DNA from: Megamonas funiformis
GTDB taxonomy: Bacteria; Bacillota; Negativicutes; Selenomonadales; Selenomonadaceae
Assembly (NCBI RefSeq): GCF_010669225.1
Contig: NZ_CP048627.1
Coordinates: 965,292-1,005,291, forward strand
Direction of reading: 5' to 3'
Length of the DNA: 40,000 nt
Each line of letters starts with the position of its first letter. Position 1 is the stretch's first letter. Below, piece by piece: positions 18,835 to 26,806 of the stretch. The notes under the pieces are model-generated. The model did no database searches. It was not told the DNA's origin and saw only the letters and a list, made by a program, of their open reading frames with translations. The position numbers and the translations under genes are program-made.

Positions 18835-20130
18835 ATGAGTATAAAAAGAAACGGTATTATGTTAACAGCAAAAATTACTGGTGAAATGAATGTCGAAGAT
18901 ATTCCAGTAGCAAATTGGGCAGATATTGACGCATTAAAAGGTGATGATACTGACCCTTTAGAGGTTATCATGTCTATTCCTGCTGGTAAAAGTACAAGGG
19001 GATGGAATTATACAAGTAATGCACTAAATTCTATTGTTGGTGAAGTAAATAGCACAGGATTACCCGGATTTTTAGGACATCAAAAAGCTGAAAATGTAGC
19101 AACAGAATTTCCAACACCTGTTACTCATTGGATTGGTGCAAAAATGGAAAACGGCACGGCGTATTTCAGAGGATTGATAGATAAATCAGCCGGAGATTTA
19201 AAACGCTGGATACGCGGTAAGGCGATTAATCAGGTGTCTATTTTTGGTTATCCGCAGTTACAGCAAAATTCAGTAACCGGAGAAACAGACGTAATTGATT
19301 ATAAGGGCTTGTCTATCGACTGGACACCGTTAAACCGTGCCGGGATGCCTACTTCTCTAATGGCTACGAGTGGAGAAATGGACGCTATTGCTCAACCTGC
19401 CGATACTTCACATGAAGCATTAAGAGAGACGTTGCGAAGTGATGCATATGCCAAATTGGGCAATAATAGTTCAGACGGCTATGTAAGTGTAAATTCTGTG
19501 TATGATGATTATTTTATTGCTTATCGTAGTGATTACAGCAACAGAGGTAATGAAGAAACATACTATAAAATCGGATATGCAAAAGGACCAGACAACACAA
19601 TCGTTCTTGGTGAACCTGTAGAGGTTAGACGAAAAGAAACATGGGAACCTGTGGGAGAAATGGAGATAAAAAACATGAATAATAAACTAAAAGATTTGCT
19701 TGATGATGGGACAATCACTAAAGAAGATTTAAAACAAGCTTGTGGTGAAATTGGTATTAGTAATAATGAAGAACCTAATAAAATTGAACAAGCTTGCGGT
19801 GAAATGTTTGGAAAAACAGGAGATGAGCTGTTAAATGATATTAAAAGTGCAGCAGAATTATTAAAGCAATCTAATAATAAAAATAAAGAAAAAATTATTG
19901 ATAAAGTTCTAAGTGAAAAAGTAAGTGGAGAAATGGCTCAAAATGTAGTAAAAAAAATGCTCCATACAGATAGTTCTGATGAAGCGGTAATTGCTGGTGA
20001 AATTGATAGCATTTTAGCAGATAAATCCGTACAAGCTTTATTAGCTAATACAAAAATTGATATTGTACCACCGATTAATGTAAATAATAATAACAATTCT
20101 TTCTTTGTTACTAAAAAAGTATCTATTTAA
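18835..20130 (+). CDS. scaffolding / prohead-protease-like protein
   Basis: Lies between the MuF-like gene and the capsid genes. ATG 18835 follows AAAGGGGGTGA. Contains a recurrent xGE(M/I) motif. Confidence 0.5.
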   Translation: MSIKRNGIMLTAKITGEMNVEDIPVANWADIDALKGDDTDPLEVIMSIPAGKSTRGWNYTSNALNSIVGEVNSTGLPGFLGHQKAENVATEFPTPVTHWIGAKMENGTAYFRGLIDKSAGDLKRWIRGKAINQVSIFGYPQLQQNSVTGETDVIDYKGLSIDWTPLNRAGMPTSLMATSGEMDAIAQPADTSHEALRETLRSDAYAKLGNNSSDGYVSVNSVYDDYFIAYRSDYSNRGNEETYYKIGYAKGPDNTIVLGEPVEVRRKETWEPVGEMEIKNMNNKLKDLLDDGTITKEDLKQACGEIGISNNEEPNKIEQACGEMFGKTGDELLNDIKSAAELLKQSNNKNKEKIIDKVLSEKVSGEMAQNVVKKMLHTDSSDEAVIAGEIDSILADKSVQALLANTKIDIVPPINVNNNNNSFFVTKKVSI

Positions 20131-20148
20131 TTTTAGGAGGTTAAAACA

Positions 20149-20847
20149 ATGGCTTATCAAGGACAACCTATACCAAGTACAACATTACCTATATCACAAA
20201 TAAAAATTAGTGATGGTAAATCTGTAGATGTTACTGTCCCAGCAAGTACCGGTGTTGAAGCTGGAGAATTTTGTGTAATTGATGGATTTTTTGGCGTATC
20301 TTTACAAAAAGTAAATAAAGATGAGAATACAAATGGTACATTAATTGCATTACAGACAGAACAAGCAGAATATATTACAACACAAATTGATACATCAAAA
20401 ACATTTGCGATTGGTTCTGCATTATACTTTGATTCAGCGACAAAAAAAATGACAGATGATAGTTCTGTTAGTGGGGCTATTTTAGTTGGAAGAATAACAT
20501 CTGCTAAAGACAAAAATAATGTTATACAGTTTGTTCTTTATCCGCAAAATGTATCTACTACAAATGCAACTAGCTCTATCACTATTGATAATAGTTTAAC
20601 AAAAAGTGGACAAGCTGCTGATTCTAAAAAAGTAGGAGATGAACTTGCTAAAAAATTAAATATTCCAGCAGATGGAAATGGTACAAGTGGGCAATTATTA
20701 AAAACAAACGGTGATGGTACTACAATTTGGTTTACTCCCGAGAAATTAGACCATATTGCAAATGCAACAGGTCAAGAGGATGCACATACTGTATTAAATT
20801 CTTTACTTAGTGCATTACAAGAAAAAGGATTTATGAAAACAGAATAG
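20149..20847 (+). CDS. capsid decoration/cement protein (DUF2190-like N-domain) with C-terminal fibre-like extension
   Basis: GEFCVIDGFFGV...ALYFD...GRITSAKD resembles DUF2190. The extension contains LTKSGQAADSKKVGDELAKK. Lies directly upstream of the major capsid gene. Confidence 0.5.
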   Translation: MAYQGQPIPSTTLPISQIKISDGKSVDVTVPASTGVEAGEFCVIDGFFGVSLQKVNKDENTNGTLIALQTEQAEYITTQIDTSKTFAIGSALYFDSATKKMTDDSSVSGAILVGRITSAKDKNNVIQFVLYPQNVSTTNATSSITIDNSLTKSGQAADSKKVGDELAKKLNIPADGNGTSGQLLKTNGDGTTIWFTPEKLDHIANATGQEDAHTVLNSLLSALQEKGFMKTE

Positions 20848-20860
20848 GAGGATAATATAA

Positions 20861-21895
20861 ATGTTAAATATAGTATCTCAAGACACTTTATTAGAAGCTC
20901 GTAGAAAATACACAGGAGAAAGTAAAATTCCATTTGTATTTAATGGGCAATTAGATTATGTAGACAAAAAAATTATTAATGGAGAAATGGAAACATTAAG
21001 CTTTAGTAAACCATTGGGAGAAATGATTTCTTACGGTGGAACAAATGTTTCTAAAGAATTACTTAGAAAAGTAGTTCTTGATGTAGAGTTAGGTCGAGAA
21101 ACAGTACAGACCTTATATCACCCAATCTATGACACAATCTCCGACTCTAATTTACCAGAAGTTTTAGACGCTAAATGGGCTATGCGTGGCTCTTGCGTAT
21201 TTTTACAGACTGTTGAAGGTAGTGAGATTAAGTTTGGCACAATCGAAGCAGAATATGGACCAACAGCACGTATTGTTACTTATGCTACTGGTTTTGAATA
21301 CACAAAACAAATGAAAGACTTTAATCAGTCTTTTGAAGTTGAAATGTTAAATAAAGCTATGGGAGAAAGTTATAATGCTTTATTAAATCATATTCATCTT
21401 AGTCCTATTTTAGATTTTAGTTATAAATCCAGTAATAAAACAGCGTATGCAGGAGCTAGTGAAGATATTGCTTGGGTACGTTTATATGAAACAATAAAAA
21501 GCGGAATGAAAGACGCTATTACTAAAAAACGTACACCTACAGTTATGTTAGCTAGTGCAGCAAATAAAATTGACATTGAAATGGCTTTACGTGGTGGTTA
21601 TCAAATCGGGGGTACAAATTATCCAGCCATTACAGGAATTAATACGATTATTTATTATGATGGCTGGGAAGAAACTGTTGGTAAAAAATCTTATATTTAT
21701 AATGGTTGTCCGGCAAATAAAATTTATTTAATTCGTCCAAAACGAGGTTTTAAAGAATTGTTAAAGCAGGATTTACGTATCGAAAGTAATGGAGGCGACC
21801 TTACACGCATGATTGAACAGCAAATGGTAGGTTATACTTATCGCGGTGTATTTGCAGCAGTTGAAGAAAATGTACAAGAATTGACAATCGCCTAA
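20861..21895 (+). CDS. major capsid protein
   Basis: 344 aa, with strong RBS AGGAGG, in the canonical position after the scaffold and decoration genes. Confidence 0.75.
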   Translation: MLNIVSQDTLLEARRKYTGESKIPFVFNGQLDYVDKKIINGEMETLSFSKPLGEMISYGGTNVSKELLRKVVLDVELGRETVQTLYHPIYDTISDSNLPEVLDAKWAMRGSCVFLQTVEGSEIKFGTIEAEYGPTARIVTYATGFEYTKQMKDFNQSFEVEMLNKAMGESYNALLNHIHLSPILDFSYKSSNKTAYAGASEDIAWVRLYETIKSGMKDAITKKRTPTVMLASAANKIDIEMALRGGYQIGGTNYPAITGINTIIYYDGWEETVGKKSYIYNGCPANKIYLIRPKRGFKELLKQDLRIESNGGDLTRMIEQQMVGYTYRGVFAAVEENVQELTIA

Positions 21896-21907
21896 TTGAG
21901 GTGAATT

Positions 21908-22270
21908 ATGGTTATCACAGATGAATTAAAGGCTAGATTAAGAAAATATCTACATGAAATTATTCCAGTTGGTGGTAGCGATACTGATACTAATTTTACT
22001 GATAGTGAAATTGAAGAATTATTACAAAGTGTAGATAATATTTATAGTGCAGCTGCACAAGGATGGCGATTAAAAGCTACTAATGCACCAATGGAAGTTG
22101 GACAAATAACAAAATATAGTATTGGTCAAGAAACTTACGAAAAATCTACAGCAAGTGATTATCTTAGTTACTGTTTAGAAATGGCTAAGATGTATGAGCA
22201 AATGGCAGAAAAAAATAATAATCTTTCAGGTAGTAGAATTTTTACAGTAAAGGTGCCAAAAATCTTATGA
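21908..22270 (+). CDS. head-tail connector protein (putative)
   Basis: Called on position and size. RBS GAGGTG. Confidence 0.45.
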   Translation: MVITDELKARLRKYLHEIIPVGGSDTDTNFTDSEIEELLQSVDNIYSAAAQGWRLKATNAPMEVGQITKYSIGQETYEKSTASDYLSYCLEMAKMYEQMAEKNNNLSGSRIFTVKVPKIL

Positions 22271-22656
22271 AAAATTTCATTGAAGAACGTAAAAAAGATA
22301 TTGCAAAAACAATAGCAGAAAATCCAACGAAAATAATAATAAATAGAACAAATAAAGTTCCTAAAGGTGGAGGACGAAGCATAGAAAAATCTGTGCTTGG
22401 TCCTTTTTTAATACGCATTTTTAATCAAAAGTCAAAAGCATTTCAAGTTAATGTATCTAATACTGTAGCGGGAGTTAAACAAACTGATTCAACGTATGCT
22501 TTTTTAGCAGCTAGTGATGTAGATATAAAATGTACACCAAATATAACAGATGAATTTGAAGTCTATGGACAACGGTTCAGAGTAATATCTGTTGTTCCAC
22601 GTTATATTCAAGGTGTTCTTACTAGCTTAGATGGTGGTCTAGAAGTTATTTCATAG
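22267..22656 (+). CDS. head closure / head-tail adaptor (putative)
   Basis: Called on position, with an overlapping stop-start. Confidence 0.4.
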   Translation: MKNFIEERKKDIAKTIAENPTKIIINRTNKVPKGGGRSIEKSVLGPFLIRIFNQKSKAFQVNVSNTVAGVKQTDSTYAFLAASDVDIKCTPNITDEFEVYGQRFRVISVVPRYIQGVLTSLDGGLEVIS

Positions 22657-22666
22657 GAGGCAGAAA

Positions 22667-23080
22667 ATGTTTTGCGATGGTGTTAGAGAAAATTTAAGAC
22701 GTAAAAAAGCAGCAACATATTTATTATGTAAAAATATTTCCGCTGATATGGAAGCCGAAGCTAAATCTATTGCTCCATGGCAAGACCGTACGGCTCATGC
22801 AAGACAGAGTATTAATCATGATACGCAACTGTTAGGTGATGATATAGAAATGAATATTTCTCATGGTGTTAGATATGGTCGTTATTTGGAAACAGGGACT
22901 CCTCCTCATGATATACATTTAAAATATAAAAAAGCTTTTATGTGGAATGGGTTACCACACCCAATAAAGAAAAACCCTATTCATCATCCAGGAACGAAAG
23001 CATATCCAGCGATTGTTCCAGCAGCAGAATATGGGAAAAAGCAGTTAAATATGGCAATAAAAAAATTATGGGAGGAATAA
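22667..23080 (+). CDS. HK97 gp10-like head-tail joining protein (tentative)
   Basis: Called on position and size, with a weak motif resemblance. Confidence 0.45.
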   Translation: MFCDGVRENLRRKKAATYLLCKNISADMEAEAKSIAPWQDRTAHARQSINHDTQLLGDDIEMNISHGVRYGRYLETGTPPHDIHLKYKKAFMWNGLPHPIKKNPIHHPGTKAYPAIVPAAEYGKKQLNMAIKKLWEE

Positions 23081-23083
23081 ATA

Positions 23084-23950
23084 ATGCGTGAAGCAATAAG
23101 AAATGCTTTAATCGAAGCCATTCCAGAAGTTGAAGAACGTATATTTGAGCCACATACAGCAACACCAGATACACAAAAACCATACCTTATAGTTAGAGAA
23201 ATGACCGAAACTGACAATACAGCATGGGCAGGATATAGGGCAAGGATAGAGGTATGGCCCTATTGCGAACAGTCTAGTTATGTAGAAGTTGATAAGTTGG
23301 CAAAAAAAATTAGTAATGCCTTAGATAAGCAATTACTAGGAACAAATGATACAGATACAATAACTTGTATTGCTGACGGTATGAGTGATGATACTGTCGA
23401 TAAAGAATGGGACGCACTTACAAGGTGTGTAAATTTCTATGTATTAGCTCTACAACCTGCCATTTTGCAAGGTCCAATAATTAATGATAATTGGTTAACA
23501 GCTTTGGCTGAATGGAGTAAAGAAAAGCTAAGCGAACAAGTTACAGATTGCTATAGTGGTATCCTGCCAACAGGATATAAGCGTCCATCTATATTATGGA
23601 GATTTGATGGCATGGATGTTGAAGAATGTGGTGCATTAGGCTTTGAGGTTATAAAGAATATAACTTGTCATATTTTTGGACGAAATGCAGTAGAAGAATT
23701 AAATATTGCAATGAAATTAATTGAAGATATCAAAACGGCAATAAAAATTCCTTTGGATGTTAAAAACCGTTGGTATATGACTGTAAAAGATGTATCAGGA
23801 CATTTTTATACAGACGCATTGAAACAAGGTCAAATTAAATTATCTTTAGCACGTAAAGTAAAACGTCCATATGTTGAAGCACCATTAATGATGGAAACAT
23901 ATTTTGATGGAAGAATTAACTTATCTGAAATTGAAAGAAGGTGGAAATAA
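23084..23950 (+). CDS. neck / tail-terminator region structural protein
   Basis: Lies between the connector genes and the sheath gene. No motif recognised. Confidence 0.35.
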   Translation: MREAIRNALIEAIPEVEERIFEPHTATPDTQKPYLIVREMTETDNTAWAGYRARIEVWPYCEQSSYVEVDKLAKKISNALDKQLLGTNDTDTITCIADGMSDDTVDKEWDALTRCVNFYVLALQPAILQGPIINDNWLTALAEWSKEKLSEQVTDCYSGILPTGYKRPSILWRFDGMDVEECGALGFEVIKNITCHIFGRNAVEELNIAMKLIEDIKTAIKIPLDVKNRWYMTVKDVSGHFYTDALKQGQIKLSLARKVKRPYVEAPLMMETYFDGRINLSEIERRWK

Positions 23951-24174
23951 TGGCAGAAGAAGTAATAAAACAATCATCAAAACAAACAAGTAAACAAGTT
24001 GTAGCTCCGATTATTAAATATTCTATTGCAGATTTAAAATCAGTATCTCGTAAGGTTTTTGGATGTAATCCAGAAGTTATTGATGGAGCTATTCACGGTA
24101 AGCCTATACAAGCTTATGGAGTTGAAGAAATGAGAAATTTAATAAATGATTTTTTAAATAAACCAATAAAATAA
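23941..24174 (+). CDS. hypothetical structural-module protein
   Basis: 77-aa ORF whose start overlaps the upstream gene. Confidence 0.4.
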   Translation: MEIMAEEVIKQSSKQTSKQVVAPIIKYSIADLKSVSRKVFGCNPEVIDGAIHGKPIQAYGVEEMRNLINDFLNKPIK

Positions 24175-24190
24175 ATAGGAGTGTTGATAT

Positions 24191-25657
24191 ATGGCTGGTG
24201 GAGCATGGGAAGCAACAAACTTACCTAAATTACCGGGCTTCTATATGAATTTTAAATCTGCTGGACTTGCAGCAATTGAAACTGGAGATAGAGGAACGGT
24301 TGTTTTACCAATTAAAGCACATTGGGGTAAAACAAATAGTTTTACGACTATCGTTACAGAAAGCGATATTTTAAATGAATTCGGATCTTTAGAAGATACA
24401 AATGGCTCTACTTTTTATAAAACACTTAAAATGTGTACATTAGGAGGAGCAAAAAAAATACTTGCTTATAGATTGGCGGATAGCACCGCTAAAGAAGCAA
24501 GTTTAACCCTGCAAAATGAAACAGATACAGATGTAGTGAAAATAACTGCAAAATATGTAGGAGAACGAGGAAATAATTTCAAATTAACGATTGCCCCTTC
24601 ACTTGCTAATGAAGGTACATTTGACATGAAATTATATGAAAATACAGCTTTATTATACACATATAGTTTTGCTACATGGGCAGAATTGATTGATACAGTA
24701 AATACGGCAAATGTTTATATCTTGGCTAGTAAAGCAGAAGGAAGCCCTGACATTAGTGGTAAAGATATTAAAAATATTACTTCTCAAGCATTAACTGGTG
24801 GGAATAGTGGTATTACTGGAATCTCTAATACAGATTATATTAAATTACTTGATGTATTAGAGACACAAGAATTTAACATTCTTTCTTTAGATGGCGTTAC
24901 GGATGAAGCTATTCAAACAAGTATAGCGTCTTGGGTTACGCGTATGAGAACACAAGGTAAAAAAATTATGTGTGTTATGGGTGGTTCTTCCGAAGATGAT
25001 GTTGCTGATGACGCAGTAGAAAAAGTTGTTCAGCGTTCTGCTGGATTTAATCATGAAGGAGTTATTAATATTGGTACTGGAGTAATCCTTGATGATGTGA
25101 AATATTCTAGTGCAGATTTAGCACCATATGTTGCTGGTTTAATTGCTGGACAAAAAATGACTGAAAGTACAACTTATGCAGCTACACCATTTGATGATGT
25201 TACTAGACGCTGGACAAGAAGCGAACAAGAAACAGCAGTTACAAATGGTGTATTTTTATTTATTAATGACGGTCGAATTGTTAAGGTTTTACAGGGAATT
25301 AATTCTTTAATTACATTAAGACAAGACCAAAATAATGCGTTTAAAAAAATTCGTAGTATTAGAACTATGGACGCTATTGACACTGATTTACAGCAAACAG
25401 CAGAAGATAATTACATTGGTAAAATAAATAACACTACGGAAGGGCAACTTGCTTTAATCGGTGCTTGTAAACAATATATGGAGGTCTGCGCTCAAGGTGG
25501 AATAATTGAGCAAGGGACATATACTGTTGAACTTAATCCAACATATCACGGTGATAATGCGACAATTAAACCAGAGCCTGACCAGGTATATTTAAAATGG
25601 TCTGCACATATTACAGATGTTATTGAAAAAATATTTAGTGACTTTATTTGTGAATAG
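24191..25657 (+). CDS. contractile tail sheath protein (XkdK-like)
   Basis: The N-terminus GAWEATNLPKLPGFYMNF matches the sheath PG(V/F)Y motif. Its 488-aa size and position upstream of the tube gene also fit. Confidence 0.85.
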   Translation: MAGGAWEATNLPKLPGFYMNFKSAGLAAIETGDRGTVVLPIKAHWGKTNSFTTIVTESDILNEFGSLEDTNGSTFYKTLKMCTLGGAKKILAYRLADSTAKEASLTLQNETDTDVVKITAKYVGERGNNFKLTIAPSLANEGTFDMKLYENTALLYTYSFATWAELIDTVNTANVYILASKAEGSPDISGKDIKNITSQALTGGNSGITGISNTDYIKLLDVLETQEFNILSLDGVTDEAIQTSIASWVTRMRTQGKKIMCVMGGSSEDDVADDAVEKVVQRSAGFNHEGVINIGTGVILDDVKYSSADLAPYVAGLIAGQKMTESTTYAATPFDDVTRRWTRSEQETAVTNGVFLFINDGRIVKVLQGINSLITLRQDQNNAFKKIRSIRTMDAIDTDLQQTAEDNYIGKINNTTEGQLALIGACKQYMEVCAQGGIIEQGTYTVELNPTYHGDNATIKPEPDQVYLKWSAHITDVIEKIFSDFICE

Positions 25658-25671
25658 AGGTGAATTTTTAA

Positions 25672-26106
25672 ATGGCAATAGATGGTGTTCGTGTAGTTAA
25701 TGGTACATTTGGCTATATATACAAAGAAGGTAAATGGCTTTCGCAATTCAATAAAGCAACTGCAAAAGTTGAAATTCAAAAAGCTGAATTAAAAGTTGCT
25801 GGCGACCGCTGGACTAGACATAAGGTCTTAGGATTAAAAGGTACTGGCTCTATGGGTGGCTATAAAGTAACAGATGAATTAATGCAAGAAGTTATGGTTG
25901 TTACTAATTCTGATAAACCTTCGTATCGAACAGAACTAATTTATGCATTAAAAGACCCAGAAGCATGGGGATATGAAAGAATCCGTTTGATGAATGTTAT
26001 GTTTGACAGTATTGATGTAGCTAATTGGGAAGCAGGAAAAGAAATAACAGAAGAATGGCCATTTACCTTTGAAGGTTATGAGTTGTTAGACCCAATAGAA
26101 GAATAA
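25672..26106 (+). CDS. tail tube protein (XkdM-like)
   Basis: 144 aa, directly after the sheath gene. Confidence 0.8.
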   Translation: MAIDGVRVVNGTFGYIYKEGKWLSQFNKATAKVEIQKAELKVAGDRWTRHKVLGLKGTGSMGGYKVTDELMQEVMVVTNSDKPSYRTELIYALKDPEAWGYERIRLMNVMFDSIDVANWEAGKEITEEWPFTFEGYELLDPIEE

Positions 26107-26129
26107 ATTTTATTTAAGGAGATAAAACA

Positions 26130-26624
26130 ATGGAAAAAAATTTATTAAGTAATGCAGAAGTTGATGAAAATACAGTAGAGCAAAACTTTGAAGATGAAGA
26201 AGTAAAAGAAAAAATAAATAAAGATATGTCTGAAAGTGATATTATTACAGCATTATTAAATAGTAATGCTGATGATAAACCAACAATGATTGTTCCGCTA
26301 AAACGATTAGGTATTCCAGTTACTTTAAAAGCATTAACTGGTAAACAGGTTTCTAGAGTTCGTGAACGTAATACCCGTACAGTTGAGAAAAGAAATAAAA
26401 CAGAAAAGGTTTTAGACTCCGAAGGCTTTAATATGGGACTTATTATTGCTTCTACTGTAAAACCTAATTGGAGTGCGCCAGAATTATTAAATAAATTCCG
26501 TGCTTCTAGTGGTGAGGAAGTTTTAAAACGTATTTTGCTTGGCGGTGAGATTTCTCTGCTCGGTGATGTTGTATTAGAACTTAGTGGATATAATATCAGT
26601 ATTGATGATATAAAAAACTTATAA
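26130..26624 (+). CDS. tail assembly chaperone (XkdN-like, G-type product)
   Basis: Lies between the tube and tape-measure genes and ends just after a slippery heptamer. Confidence 0.7.
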   Translation: MEKNLLSNAEVDENTVEQNFEDEEVKEKINKDMSESDIITALLNSNADDKPTMIVPLKRLGIPVTLKALTGKQVSRVRERNTRTVEKRNKTEKVLDSEGFNMGLIIASTVKPNWSAPELLNKFRASSGEEVLKRILLGGEISLLGDVVLELSGYNISIDDIKNL

Positions 26625-26806
26625 AATCCGGAAAGAATATTTTATCTGTAGCCCATGCACTAAGTATTAGAAGGAATATTAGACCGTCAGAGTTTTTTAA
26701 TATGCCATTCATGGAACGTCAATTTTTAATCGCGTCTATTGAAGTAGAATTAGAAGTAGAACAAGAGGAAATAAACAGAATAAAGGAGAACCGACGTGGC
26801 AGATAA
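26609..26806 (+). CDS. -1 frame extension of the tail chaperone (GT-type product)
   Basis: Hand translation gives YKNLIKSGKNILSVAHALSIRRNIRPSEFFNMPFMERQFLIASIEVELEVEQEEINRIKENRRGR-stop. It fills the otherwise non-coding gap before the tape-measure gene. Confidence 0.55.
   Translation, partial: YKKLIKSGKNILSVAHALSIRRNIRPSEFFNMPFMERQFLIASIEVELEVEQEEINRIKENRRGR
26612..26618 (+). promoter_or_regulatory. -1 programmed ribosomal frameshift slippery heptamer A_AAA_AAC
   Basis: The zero-frame reads ATA AAA AAC TTA TAA. The -1 frame is open from 26609 to 26806. Confidence 0.6.
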
